From assembly GCA_910584195.1 (NCBI GenBank), contig CAJTYV010000001.1:239728-303727 (forward strand): DNA of 64,000 nt. Direction: 5' to 3'. The notes under the pieces are model-generated. The model worked only from the letters and a program-made list of their open reading frames with translations, was not told the origin of the DNA and ran no database searches. Shown here piece after piece: positions 39,128 through 49,333 of this stretch (position 1 is the stretch's first letter; every line of letters starts with the position of its first letter). Origin of the DNA: an uncultured Ruminococcus sp. (GTDB taxonomy: Bacteria > Bacillota > Clostridia > Oscillospirales > Ruminococcaceae). The translations under genes were made by a program, and so were the position numbers.

Positions 39128-40000
39128 TTAATGTTTAAATGCAAAATACGCAAGTACCAATGCTCCCAGCACTATTCTGTACCAACCGAATATCTTGAAA
39201 TCATGCTTCTTAATGTAATCCATAAGGAATTTGATAACGAAGATCGAAACCGCAAATGCTACTAACATACCAACTGCAAGTATTCCTGCCTGAGTACCGG
39301 TGAAGCCTCCGTCATACTTTATAAGTTTCAGCAAACTTGCTCCGAACATTACCGGAACTGCAAGGAAAAAGGTAAATTCCGCTGCAACCGTTCTCGAAAT
39401 CCCTATCATCAATGCGCCGACGATAGTCGAACCGGATCTGGATGTTCCGGGGAAAAGAGCCGCTATAAGCTGAAACCCTCCTATTATCAAAGCCGACCTA
39501 TAAGTCAGTTCATCTATGGAATTAACCTTTGCCTTAGTGTGTTTATTGTGATTTTCAATTATAATAAACGCTACGCCGAACACGATAAGAGCTATTGCAA
39601 CAACCCATGGATTATAAAAATGCTCATCTATCCACTCGTCCAAAATAAGACCTATAACTGCCGCAGGTATACAGGCAACAAGCACCTTGAACCACATTTG
39701 CATTATATCCGCTTTTATGTATGAACCTATCCCCTCCTGCCTGAAAGGATGAGAATTGTTCTTTTTGCCGAATGGAAACAGCTTTTTCCAAAAAATCACA
39801 ACTACAGCCATAATAGCTCCCAGCTGTATAACAACGTCGAACATCTCGATAAACGCATCATTCACCTTCAAATCGCTGCTGACGTTCAGTTTAAGAAATT
39901 CATTCACTATTATCAAATGTCCCGTACTGCTGACCGGCAGCCATTCCGTAACGCCTTCCACAATACCGAGTATAATGGATTTAATAAATTCCCAAATCAT
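39128..40000 (-). CDS. uppP: Undecaprenyl-diphosphatase
   Basis: BacA/UppP signature VEGVTEWLPVSSTGHL and a polytopic membrane layout. Confidence 0.9.
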   Translation of the reverse strand: MIWEFIKSIILGIVEGVTEWLPVSSTGHLIIVNEFLKLNVSSDLKVNDAFIEMFDVVIQLGAIMAVVVIFWKKLFPFGKKNNSHPFRQEGIGSYIKADIMQMWFKVLVACIPAAVIGLILDEWIDEHFYNPWVVAIALIVFGVAFIIIENHNKHTKAKVNSIDELTYRSALIIGGFQLIAALFPGTSRSGSTIVGALMIGISRTVAAEFTFFLAVPVMFGASLLKLIKYDGGFTGTQAGILAVGMLVAFAVSIFVIKFLMDYIKKHDFKIFGWYRIVLGALVLAYFAFKH

Positions 40001-40089
40001 AAATTTTCCTTTCTTTGGTCATTGTCCGCATTTGCAGACAGTAATTTACAATAATAATTATTATATCATATTTTTATTTATATGTCAAT

Positions 40090-40755
40090 TTAATTTTCAG
40101 AATTCACCGAAAGTCTGAATTTCCTTTTGGAAATTGTCAGAACGCCTGATTTTTTCAGCTTAGCTATCTCTCTTTGCAGCGCGCTTCGGTTCACACAAAG
40201 ATAATCGGAAAGAACTGTTGTGGAAAAAGGTATCTGCGGGTCTTTTCCTTCTGCTGTTTTATCTTCTGTTATTTGCAGGAAGCTTATAAGCTTTCCCTCT
40301 ATTGTACGCTGACTCAGCACTTCTATGCGTTCGCTCAGCGAAACTGCCTTTTCCGTCATAAGCTCCAGCATATTTTCTACTACCATTGAATGACAGCGGC
40401 ATGCTTTTTCACATCGTTTCACAAGCTCCGAGCGTCTGACAAAAAGTATCTCACAGTCCTTTTCCGCTACTATTTCCATATAGCTTCTCCCGGAAGAAGG
40501 ATAAGTAAAGAATTCTCCGAATATTCCCTGCTCCCCTAAATTCTCAATTATTGTACGCACCCCGTTTATATCGTAACGAACTACGTCCGCGCTGCCGCTT
40601 AACATTATCCCTATCTTGTCATCACCCTGCACCGTACAATTGGCAATACAGCTTCCCGCACGGAACTTTTTCACATCCGCATCAAAACACTCTATCATTC
40701 TTCGGCAGCTTTCCTTGTCAATTCCTTTAAATAATATGTTATCTTCAGGTAACAT
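40090..40755 (-). CDS. Crp/Fnr-family transcriptional regulator
   Basis: A cNMP-binding-like domain plus a C-terminal helix-turn-helix (SRSALQREIAKL). A gggag RBS supports the MLPEDNILF start at 40755. Confidence 0.75.
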   Translation of the reverse strand: MLPEDNILFKGIDKESCRRMIECFDADVKKFRAGSCIANCTVQGDDKIGIMLSGSADVVRYDINGVRTIIENLGEQGIFGEFFTYPSSGRSYMEIVAEKDCEILFVRRSELVKRCEKACRCHSMVVENMLELMTEKAVSLSERIEVLSQRTIEGKLISFLQITEDKTAEGKDPQIPFSTTVLSDYLCVNRSALQREIAKLKKSGVLTISKRKFRLSVNSEN

Positions 40756-40768
40756 AATTTCACTCCCT

Positions 40769-40784
40769 TGTTGCAATTGCAACA
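40769..40784. promoter_or_regulatory. 16-bp perfect palindrome TGTTGCAATTGCAACA in the 5' region of the Crp/Fnr gene, within a divergent promoter region
   Basis: Read directly from the sequence. It is flanked by an agtgaaa direct repeat. Confidence 0.5.
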
Positions 40785-40934
40785 GATTTTTTCACTATAT
40801 TATGATACAATAAAAAAAGAAAATTGTCAAGCGTTTGATGACGATTTAACAATGTTTACTGCTCAAGATGATAACCGCGGAAAATCTCTTGAGATCCTTG
40901 CTGCATATTTCCAAACATCAGGAGGTATTCTCAA

Positions 40935-41197
40935 TGAAAATAAATATTATCGGCGAACAACTCCCTCAGCAGGAGATCAATGCTTATATCGACTATGGAA
41001 TGAAAAAATATCCGGACAGAACAATAAGCGAAATGACAGTTAAAGCAGACGGAGATTTCGTTGACCTTAAATTTAATTTTGCAGATGTTCCATTCGACCG
41101 CGTTCGCCGTATCACAGGTTATCTTGTCGGCACTCTCGACCGTTTCAATAACGGGAAACGCGCTGAGGAACATGACAGAGTAAAGCATAATGTTTAA
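40935..41197 (+). CDS. Hypothetical 87-aa protein
   Basis: caggagg RBS and an ATG at 40935 (MKINIIGEQLPQQ...). Confidence 0.45.
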
Positions 41198-41358
41198 AAC
41201 ATAATCTCAGCAGCCGAAAATCGGCTCTGCGTATTATGTATTATAAAAAACTTGTATTCACAAACAGCGTCTGCGTTGGAAACCCGCGCACATATCTTGC
41301 GAATACAGGCAATAAGGGTCTTTGAATTGACCCGAATTAAAACAATGGAGGTTTTATT

Positions 41359-41910
41359 ATGGCTAAATATGTATGTCCCGTTTGCGGTTATGTTCACGAG
41401 GGAGATTCTGCTCCCGAAAAATGTCCTCAGTGCGGTGTTCCCGGCTCTAAGTTCATCGAAAAGAAGGAGGACGGAAAACTTACTTTCGCATGCGAGCATG
41501 AAGTCGGAATTGCAAAAGCTGTAACAGATACTGAGATCATCGAGGGTCTTAAGGCTAATTTCTCCGGCGAATGCACAGAAGTCGGCATGTACCTTGCAAT
41601 GGCAAGAGTTGCTCACAGAGAGGGTTACCCCGAAATAGGTCTTTACTGGGAAAAGGCTGCTTACGAAGAAGCAGAGCATGCCGCTAAGTTTGCCGAGCTG
41701 CTTGGAGACGTTGTTTCCTCTTCTACCAAAGAAAATCTCGAAAAAAGAGTTGCGGCAGAGCATGGCGCTACACAGGGCAAGCTTGATCTTGCTAAGAGAG
41801 CAAAGGAGCTTAACCTCGATGCTATCCATGATACGGTTCACGAAATGGCTAAGGACGAGGCTCGTCACGGCAAGGCTTTCGAGGGACTTCTTAAAAGATA
41901 CTTCGGTTAA
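41359..41910 (+). CDS. Reverse rubrerythrin (N-terminal rubredoxin domain plus diiron ferritin-like domain)
   Basis: N-terminal CPVCG...CPQCG rubredoxin motifs. The C-terminal diiron ligands EEAEH...EARHG are present. Confidence 0.85.
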   Translation: MAKYVCPVCGYVHEGDSAPEKCPQCGVPGSKFIEKKEDGKLTFACEHEVGIAKAVTDTEIIEGLKANFSGECTEVGMYLAMARVAHREGYPEIGLYWEKAAYEEAEHAAKFAELLGDVVSSSTKENLEKRVAAEHGATQGKLDLAKRAKELNLDAIHDTVHEMAKDEARHGKAFEGLLKRYFG

Positions 41911-41977
41911 TTCTATATACATAAAATCAGCCGATAAAAGCGCTGCCGCACAGAAATTTTCTGCGCGGCTTTCGCAT

Positions 41978-42529
41978 TTATTCTGCTTTTTTTGCAGTTT
42001 GGCAGAACATTTCCTCATAATCCTCACGTATAAATCGGTGATATATAACATGACATCCTCCGATGCATGGTTCTTCGGCAAGGCAGTAAAAGTATTCATC
42101 GGGATATTTATCGGGAAAATATGCCAGCACGTCAAAATCCCCCGTATTGCTGCTTTCGATAACTGCATTTTCGGCATACTTCTTAAAAACAGCCGTTACA
42201 TCATCCATAAAAATACCATGACAAGATACTTTCTTTATAAGCTCCTCGAGAAAATCATAGCCTGCCAAATCGTTTACATAAGCAGTTCCGTCAGCAGGAA
42301 TCGTTATACATATACCGTCCCTTATTTCATGAAAGGAAAGTTTTCCCATACGCGGAAACGTAAAGTCTGCAAATTCCGATAAAATATCGTTTGAAGGCTC
42401 TGCACACAGCAGTTTTCTCAGAGAACCCAACGTGTAGTTCAGACTCATGGGACGATTATCGAAGCCGAGCTTCAACTGCGCTTCTTTTATATTGTCGGTT
42501 AAATTTTTTTCAAGTCTTGCAAAATCCAT
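41978..42529 (-). CDS. Hypothetical protein
   Basis: A gggagg RBS supports MDFARLEK... at 42529. I recognised no family. Confidence 0.45.
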   Translation of the reverse strand: MDFARLEKNLTDNIKEAQLKLGFDNRPMSLNYTLGSLRKLLCAEPSNDILSEFADFTFPRMGKLSFHEIRDGICITIPADGTAYVNDLAGYDFLEELIKKVSCHGIFMDDVTAVFKKYAENAVIESSNTGDFDVLAYFPDKYPDEYFYCLAEEPCIGGCHVIYHRFIREDYEEMFCQTAKKAE

Positions 42530-42670
42530 AAAACAACCTCCCAAATAATTACAATTAAATTATATCATTTTCTTTTGAAAAAATCAAGTCGCAAATTTTT
42601 TGCAAATCCTGTTTACAAAAGTCGAAATTTATGTTATAATAATAAAAACACAGCTTGGAGGACATTTTGA

Positions 42671-43615
42671 ATGAAAATCAACAAAGTCAATTTTCTGAAA
42701 GCGCTGGCAGTTTTGGAAGGATTTATCATTATTGCGCTTGCGGTTACAACAATTTTGCTTGCCGTCAAATATAATGCTACCGTACCGGCAAATGCAAACA
42801 CCGATATTCGTATACGTCCATATATAGACAAAGAACAGACCTTTTACCAGCTTGACGGAAAAAAGATACTAACGCACAATGACACCATGGGAGAAACATT
42901 TATGCCAGTTTTCAGCGATGTACCCGCAAGCACGATCACTCAGCAGGATATACAGCTCAATGAAAAAGGTTATGCTAAATACGTTGGAAACGAAGGTCTT
43001 GCCTCTAAGGTCGGAATTGACATTTCCGAACATCAGGGCGCTATAGATTGGGAAAAAGTAAAATCTTCCGGCATTGATTTTGCTATGATAAGAGTAGGAT
43101 ACCGTACATACGGCGGAGGAATAATTACGCTTGACAATAATCTCCTGACAAACCTTGACGAAGCGTCAGCCGCCGGACTTGACATCGGAGTTTACTTTTT
43201 TTCTCAGGCTATCAGCACCAATGAAGCTATCGAGGAAGCCGATGCCGTTTTGAACGCTATTGCGGGACACAATATTACATATCCTGTTGTTTTCGACTGG
43301 GAATTAATATACGATGATCAGGCGCGCACAGACTCTGTTTCGGTAGAAACTCTTGCGGACTGCTGCGTTGCGTTCTGTGAACGTGTAAAATCGGCAGGAT
43401 ATATACCCATGTTATATCAAAATACATCTACTGCAACACATAAACTCGACCTCCCCAGAATAAAGGAATATGATTTTTGGTTGGCGGAATACACTGATTT
43501 CCCAAGCTTTTATTATAAATATGATATGTGGCAGTACAGTTCGACAGGCACAGTACCGGGTATTGAGGGCTCGGTAGATTTAAATATTTCATTTAAAGAT
43601 TACTCCGCGGTCTGA
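42671..43615 (+). CDS. GH25 lysozyme/muramidase with an N-terminal membrane anchor
   Basis: GH25 motifs GIDISEHQG.IDW, DFAMIRVGYR, DWE and MWQYSS. Confidence 0.8.
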   Translation: MKINKVNFLKALAVLEGFIIIALAVTTILLAVKYNATVPANANTDIRIRPYIDKEQTFYQLDGKKILTHNDTMGETFMPVFSDVPASTITQQDIQLNEKGYAKYVGNEGLASKVGIDISEHQGAIDWEKVKSSGIDFAMIRVGYRTYGGGIITLDNNLLTNLDEASAAGLDIGVYFFSQAISTNEAIEEADAVLNAIAGHNITYPVVFDWELIYDDQARTDSVSVETLADCCVAFCERVKSAGYIPMLYQNTSTATHKLDLPRIKEYDFWLAEYTDFPSFYYKYDMWQYSSTGTVPGIEGSVDLNISFKDYSAV

Positions 43616-43692
43616 TGCTTTTTAATCCGAAACTTACGGCGAAAATCCCGTATATATGCGGTTATAAAAATATTGATATTGGAGGTTTTATT

Positions 43693-44379
43693 ATGGCATT
43701 TTGTAAATTCTGCGGCAAAGAATTGGGAGAGGACGGCAAATGTACCTGCGCCGAATTCGGAGATTATGAAAAAAACGCAGGAATTCTCAACAATTCTATT
43801 GAAAAAACGACAGAAAAACCTATAAAAAGAGGAAGTATTTTTAAATATATTATTATTGCCATAATTATTATTCTTGCGGTTATAACAACCTTTAGTATAA
43901 TTTCTTTAATCAATTCATATAAAAAACCAATTGATACACTTGCTAAAGGAATTCGTAAGGCTGACACAGAGCTTCTTATCGAGTCAATGTATACCGAATC
44001 AACAGCGGCTGAACTTCGCTTACAAGCTAAGGAAAACGGTTTAACATGGAAAGAATATATTAAAAAGAACGATAAGGCTATCGAATCAGCTATGGACGGT
44101 CTTGGCGTAAAACGCGTAAAGGCAGACGTACTTGCAAAAGAAAAGCTCAGCGGCAGCAATCTTGAAAACGTTAAAAAGTTCTATCAGGATAACTACAACA
44201 TCGACGTTAAAAAGGCATACCGTGTCGAAGTAGAATTTTCTTTAAAGATCAACGGCGAAAAAACAACCCGCACCGGATGGCTTTGCGTTGCCAAGCTTAA
44301 AGGCGAAGGCTGGAAATACTGTCCGCAGTGCAGTTCCGATACTTTTGATTTCTTGGATTCAGCCGTCAGATTTGAATAA
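43693..44379 (+). CDS. Hypothetical membrane protein with an N-terminal zinc-ribbon
   Basis: ggagg RBS and an ATG at 43693. Zinc-ribbon motif CKFCGKELGEDGKCTC, one TM helix and an extracytoplasmic domain. Confidence 0.5.
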   Translation: MAFCKFCGKELGEDGKCTCAEFGDYEKNAGILNNSIEKTTEKPIKRGSIFKYIIIAIIIILAVITTFSIISLINSYKKPIDTLAKGIRKADTELLIESMYTESTAAELRLQAKENGLTWKEYIKKNDKAIESAMDGLGVKRVKADVLAKEKLSGSNLENVKKFYQDNYNIDVKKAYRVEVEFSLKINGEKTTRTGWLCVAKLKGEGWKYCPQCSSDTFDFLDSAVRFE

Positions 44380-44475
44380 TTCTCTGTTTTACGGAATAAA
44401 TCAATAAGAACCTGTTTATAGGTTTTAAAAATACTGCCGGGGCTGACGCTTCGGCATTTTTTAGGAGTTTTCAAC

Positions 44476-45405
44476 ATGTCGCATATAATTTTAAATCAAA
44501 CTGTAATAATGCTTCTCCTTATGCTTGTCGGAATTCTTTGCAGCAAAACCAAAATAATAAGTTCCTCTGCCAACAGAGAACTTTCAAAATTCGTACTTCA
44601 AGTTGTCAATCCTGTTGTAATATTCATGTCGTATCAGACGGAACTGCAAGGCGAATTGGTAAAAAATCTTATTATAGCTTTTGGATTATCCGCAGCAGCA
44701 TTTGCTGTAATGATATTGATTTCATATCTGCTTATTCCTCAAAAGGAGGGCAGAGAAACCGCAATAGAACGCTTTTCAGCCATATACTCCAATTGCAGCT
44801 TTATGGGGATTCCTCTCGCAAAAGCGATGTTCGGCATGGAAGGAGTATTTTACCTCACAGCATTTATAACCATATTTAACCTTATTGTTTGGACTCATGG
44901 AATAATTCTGTTAACAGGAGAACGCGATTTAAAACGGGTGTTAAAAGTATTCTACTCCCCTACCATTATTGCCATAGTTTTGGGAATTATTGCATTCTTT
45001 ACTCAATTTAAAATTCCGGAGCTTCCTTCAAAGGTTCTTACATATATATCGGAACTCAATACCCCGTTGGCAATGATAGTTTCGGGTGTCAGCATGGCTG
45101 AAACCAAGACTTCGGATATGATAAAAAACATTGGAGTATACCGAACGTGTTTTATACGTTTGGTTATACTTCCTATAGCGCTCGCTTTCGGACTGTCATT
45201 TCTGCCTGTCAGCGAAAAGGTCATACTAACGATCTTAGTAGCTGCCGCATCACCTCCGGCGGCCATGTGTACGCTTCAATGTCTTCGTTTTGGCAAAAAT
45301 TATTTATACTCTTCGGAAATTTTTACCGCAGGAACAATTCTTTCTGTTGCCACACTTCCATTAGCAGTAAAGCTTACGGAATATTTAACAAAAATAATAA
45401 GTTAA
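44476..45405 (+). CDS. AEC-family (auxin efflux carrier / MleP-like) membrane transporter
   Basis: A 309-aa polytopic protein with the characteristic two-half architecture. Confidence 0.65.
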   Translation: MSHIILNQTVIMLLLMLVGILCSKTKIISSSANRELSKFVLQVVNPVVIFMSYQTELQGELVKNLIIAFGLSAAAFAVMILISYLLIPQKEGRETAIERFSAIYSNCSFMGIPLAKAMFGMEGVFYLTAFITIFNLIVWTHGIILLTGERDLKRVLKVFYSPTIIAIVLGIIAFFTQFKIPELPSKVLTYISELNTPLAMIVSGVSMAETKTSDMIKNIGVYRTCFIRLVILPIALAFGLSFLPVSEKVILTILVAAASPPAAMCTLQCLRFGKNYLYSSEIFTAGTILSVATLPLAVKLTEYLTKIIS

Positions 45406-45762
45406 GTTTGTTAATAACGCTGATTTTTATAAAAATTAATAAAAAAAGGTTTTATTTTTATCGCTTTTGTGTTATAATATAAATGTTAATCAGAGGCAGG
45501 ATAAAACTTATATTTGCGCTAAAAAAATTTAATACAACTACTTTTGGCTTAAAATAGCTTTTTTGAATCATTGCTATAAGTTGTAACTTAACAACAGACG
45601 TGAAATGCTGTCAGCTTTTAAATATACAGTTATGTCCACCGTACTCTGCAAATATTAATAATATCTCTCCTCAAACGCCGCGTAATCTTTTTCTTTGGAT
45701 TACTCCTCACGGTCTTGAATTTCAGACTTGCGGCAAATACTTAAAAGAATGGAGTTTTTTAA

Positions 45763-46983
45763 ATGGAAAAAAGAGGAATCAGCAAACTGGATCTCAAACG
45801 TCGCAACAGAATGCAGATCCTGCGTATTATCAGAGAATATGGTCCAATCTCAAGAGTTGATGTGGCAAGCGCTCTTGAAATTACCCGCGCAGCAGTAACT
45901 ATCATCACCAATGAAATGATCGAAGAAGGAGTTCTCGTTGAAATAGGCGAAGCTCCGATAAATGCCGAAAAGCTTCAGAAAGGCAGAAGAAAGATCCTAA
46001 TTGATATTAATGTCAACAGCCGTTTCGCTCTCGGAGCAACCGTTGATGAAAAGGAAGTCAGTGTCGGTCTTACTAATCTCAATTCCGAAATCCTCGATAA
46101 ATCAAGCATGATAGTTGACGAGAGGACAACAAGTAAGGATATTATAAATTACATAATCAAATCGTGTAATACAATGATTGAAAATTCCGCTCTTACCAAA
46201 GACAAGATACTCGGTCTTGGCGTGGGCGTTGTTCCGTCAATGTGGGGCAAATTGAAAATTTTCTACAAAGACGGTATTCTTGATTTTACCAGCTTTATAG
46301 ACAAGCTTTCAAGCGGACTCGATGTCGATATAGACTGCGGAAACGCTATCGGTCTTATGGCTCTTGCAAGCAATGACTTCAGAACACAGAGCGGTTATCA
46401 GACAAATACAGCGTTTCTCCATAACGGAAATCAGGTCAACCTTGCTATTGTAAATAAAAACGAACTGTCAAGCGATTATATTTCCTACACTTCAATGATA
46501 GAGAAATTTATTGTTTGTCCCAATGGCAGAAGCTACGAAGGATACCCCAATGGATCGGTAAAAGCTGAGCTTTCGCGTACCGCTATGCTTTCGGCTATCT
46601 GTGAGGTCTACTCCAAGGACAAGACGCCTCTTCTTTGGGATCTGACTGAAGGCGACAAAAATAAGATTTCCATAGATACTGTTTTTATGGCGCTTATGAG
46701 AGGCGAAGAGTCCGTTAAAACTATTGTTGATGATATTATTGCTAAGTATACAATACTTATCAACAATATTGCAATCAGCCATTTCGCGAAAAAAATCGTC
46801 CTCCATAACTACAAACTCAATGAGAAACAGTTTGATTACGTTAAACGAGAAATGATACATCTTGTAAGTGAAGAGATAGCTGATAGAGTGGTTCTCTCGA
46901 AACTTGACGGAAAGAACAATTTCCTTGGCGGCTGCGCGCTTATCATTCAGAACAACTTCTATACCAAGGGCGGTATGAGGTAA
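45763..46983 (+). CDS. ROK-family transcriptional regulator (NagC/XylR-like)
   Basis: N-terminal helix-turn-helix (RRNRMQILRIIREYGPISRVDVA...) and a ROK sugar-kinase-like domain. An extended -10 box tgtgttataat lies upstream. Confidence 0.75.
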   Translation: MEKRGISKLDLKRRNRMQILRIIREYGPISRVDVASALEITRAAVTIITNEMIEEGVLVEIGEAPINAEKLQKGRRKILIDINVNSRFALGATVDEKEVSVGLTNLNSEILDKSSMIVDERTTSKDIINYIIKSCNTMIENSALTKDKILGLGVGVVPSMWGKLKIFYKDGILDFTSFIDKLSSGLDVDIDCGNAIGLMALASNDFRTQSGYQTNTAFLHNGNQVNLAIVNKNELSSDYISYTSMIEKFIVCPNGRSYEGYPNGSVKAELSRTAMLSAICEVYSKDKTPLLWDLTEGDKNKISIDTVFMALMRGEESVKTIVDDIIAKYTILINNIAISHFAKKIVLHNYKLNEKQFDYVKREMIHLVSEEIADRVVLSKLDGKNNFLGGCALIIQNNFYTKGGMR

Positions 46984-46990
46984 AATTAAT

Positions 46991-47016
46991 AATACCGCAC
47001 TAATCAGTGCGGTATT
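46991..47016 (+). terminator. Terminator hairpin aataccgcac taatca gtgcggtatt
   Basis: A perfect 10-bp stem after the ROK gene. Confidence 0.55.
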
Positions 47017-47191
47017 TAGCTTGTATATAAAGTCTGACAAAATTGGAACGCGCTCTTGCAGACAGCTGACAGTTATATATGCGACTTCGCTGCACACTTC
47101 ACCAAGAGGCTCTGCTTCTGAACTGCGTCAAAGTGACAACGTCCCCTTGAAATCATATTTTTCTTTTTTACGAACTGAATACCCAAAATAA

Positions 47192-47220
47192 AAATCCCTT
47201 TTGTAAACAAAAGGGATTTT
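47192..47220 (-). terminator. Terminator for the pspA operon
   Basis: aaaatccctttt gtaaac aaaagggatttt with a T-run on the minus strand. Confidence 0.65.
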
Positions 47221-47236
47221 GTCTTAATCAAAAAAT

Positions 47237-47407
47237 TTAAACACCACAGTCCTCGTAATCTTTCCACTTTTCAAAATAGATTTTGTTGCTCCAACTCTTA
47301 TACAGGATGTACAAAATTGAAGCTACTGCAATGAACACAGCTCCTACGATAGGCAAGAACATATTGAGAACTCTGTTCGGGTTAATATCTTGATTTTTAC
47401 TTCTCAT
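47237..47407 (-). CDS. 56-aa single-TM membrane protein translationally coupled to pspA (absent from the ORF track)
   Basis: Its ATG lies 3 nt after the pspA stop. Translation reads MRSKNQDINPNRVLNMFLPIVGAVFIAVASILYILYKSWSNKIYFEKWKDYEDCGV. Confidence 0.5.
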   Translation of the reverse strand: MRSKNQDINPNRVLNMFLPIVGAVFIAVASILYILYKSWSNKIYFEKWKDYEDCGV

Positions 47408-47410
47408 AGC

Positions 47411-48088
47411 TTATTCTGCTGCTCCGCCGTTCATCTCAGCCATCAGTCTGGCGAGTTCGGCATCTACTTTTGCATCCTTTTCAATTTGGTCAAAAGATTC
47501 GACAAGCTCGTTATCATTTCCGCCTATCTCTGCAAAAGCGTCAGCTTCTGCCTCCTTACGCTGTATCTTTTCTTCCATACGGTCAAACTTTTCCAACGCG
47601 CTTGCTCCGTCAAAACCGCCCTGAGACTTTGCCAAAGCTTTTCTTGTATCCGCCATCTGAGAACGTGCAATAAGCATAGCCTGGCGAGATTTTGCCTCAT
47701 CAAGCTTTGATTTCAGCACCTCGACCTGATCCTCGATCGCTTCAGTCTGAGTAGAAATCGACTGATACATCTCTGTATATGCAGAAACATCATCATCAGC
47801 CTTGACCTTCTTTGCCAAAGCCTGCTTAGCCATTTCCTGATTGCCTTGTGAGAGCGCCGCCTTAGCCTTAGCTTCCCAACCTTGCGAAACCTTAACGGCA
47901 TCATCCATTTTCTTCTGCGCAAGACGCTCGCTCGCTTTTGCCTTGCCCAAATTCTGAGTAGCTATAGTAAGCTCTTTCTGCATATCAATAATGATCTGCT
48001 TGACCATTTTCTCTGGATCTTCCGCCTTGTCGAGAAGATCGTTGATGTTTGACTTAAGAATATCACTAATTCTGCTGAATACTCCCAT
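47411..48088 (-). CDS. pspA: PspA/IM30-family protein (phage shock protein A / LiaH-like)
   Basis: aggagg RBS and MGVFSRISDILKSNINDLLDKAEDPEKMVKQ. The coiled-coil composition is rich in A, K, E and Q. Confidence 0.85.
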   Translation of the reverse strand: MGVFSRISDILKSNINDLLDKAEDPEKMVKQIIIDMQKELTIATQNLGKAKASERLAQKKMDDAVKVSQGWEAKAKAALSQGNQEMAKQALAKKVKADDDVSAYTEMYQSISTQTEAIEDQVEVLKSKLDEAKSRQAMLIARSQMADTRKALAKSQGGFDGASALEKFDRMEEKIQRKEAEADAFAEIGGNDNELVESFDQIEKDAKVDAELARLMAEMNGGAAE

Positions 48089-48237
48089 TATTAATCCTCC
48101 TGTTTCATGTAAAAAATATTGGACGGCAAACCCCATTGTGAACGTATCACAACATTCACACCGTACCTTTATTATACAGCATTTTTTATAGTTTGTCAAG
48201 TAATTTTTTCATATATTTCATAAATACCGATTACAAA

Positions 48238-49296
48238 TCAATTACGAAGCTCCTTTTTGAAATAAAGAGCTACCGGCTCAAGTGCGGACATTGAAATGAA
48301 AACAATCAGAGTACATATAATTGAAACAGCATAAAGCGCAGCCACAAGACCAATGCTTCCTTCATGCTGCGGTATCATGACTACCCCCGGAAATATCTGA
48401 GCAATTGCTGATAAAAGATATATCAAATTTGCAAGCGTCTTGAAAAGGCTGATACCCGTCATAAGCAGGAGTCCCGAAATTGCCATGCCGAGCGCGATAT
48501 AAAGCGATGTATCTTTCAGTACGTTTGCGATCTTGCTTATGCCGTCTTTATATACAAGTCCCAGAGAGCCGCTGTATAATAAATAAAATGCAACTGCCGC
48601 AATAACTCCGACAACTCCCAGTAAAATACATATTTTAAAGCCCTTTTGAGCCATTTCACGCCTGCGTTCTTCTTTAAGCTCCAGCATCATGCGGAGACTT
48701 TCCTTAGAGTCTTTTTGGTCGGAAACAAGCTGTCCTGCAATAGCTTTTTTAGCCGCTTCACGCTTAGCGCGTTCGAGATCCTCATCGACATATTTCGGTT
48801 TGTAAGCCGTTGGCTGAGGCGCATCGTCCAAAACGGGCGCTTTTATCGGAGCGTCGGATTTCGGAGGTTCGGGCTTTTCTTCTTTCGGAGGCGGAGTATA
48901 AGTATCCTCATCGAGAACAGGCGCGGTAACCTCTACAGGCGGCGCTTCCACACCAAGCTGTTTTCTCATAAGGTCAAGAACCTTTTGACGATTAACCTCA
49001 GGAAGCTTTTCATAAGTCTCCCTCTGCTCGGGAGTAAATTTTTCAATTATCTCCTCGTCCGTCATTATCGTGACCTGTGACTTTTTAGCCTCGTACGGAG
49101 CGGTATCATCATCCAGAACAGGTGCGGAAACTCCGGTAGGAGCACCCTTTTTCTTTGACGGCGGAGGAACATAAGCGTCCATATCGTCCAAAACAGGAGC
49201 AGAAACCCCGGTAGGTCCGCCCTTTTTCGGTGTGGGAGCAGTATAATCTATGTCGTCAAGCACAGGCGGAGCAGCATAATTTTTCTCTTCGTTCAT
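48238..49296 (-). CDS. Membrane protein with six N-terminal APVLDD-containing proline-rich repeats and a C-terminal four-TM domain
   Basis: The SAPVLDD / TAPVLDE / KAPVLDD units repeat about 6 times, followed by four hydrophobic helices. It lies immediately upstream of pspA in the same orientation. Confidence 0.6.
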   Translation of the reverse strand: MNEEKNYAAPPVLDDIDYTAPTPKKGGPTGVSAPVLDDMDAYVPPPSKKKGAPTGVSAPVLDDDTAPYEAKKSQVTIMTDEEIIEKFTPEQRETYEKLPEVNRQKVLDLMRKQLGVEAPPVEVTAPVLDEDTYTPPPKEEKPEPPKSDAPIKAPVLDDAPQPTAYKPKYVDEDLERAKREAAKKAIAGQLVSDQKDSKESLRMMLELKEERRREMAQKGFKICILLGVVGVIAAVAFYLLYSGSLGLVYKDGISKIANVLKDTSLYIALGMAISGLLLMTGISLFKTLANLIYLLSAIAQIFPGVVMIPQHEGSIGLVAALYAVSIICTLIVFISMSALEPVALYFKKELRN

Positions 49297-49333
49297 CTGT
49301 TCACCCTCTTTTTATTGCTATAAATTAAATCTA

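Noticed and set aside
41194-42382. 327-aa minus-strand ORF (41194-42177) and 234-aa plus-strand ORF (41678-42382) overlapping the reverse rubrerythrin and the neighbouring hypothetical gene
   Set aside because: The rubrerythrin on the other strand has clear rubredoxin and diiron motifs. The overlapping ORFs are low-complexity shadows.
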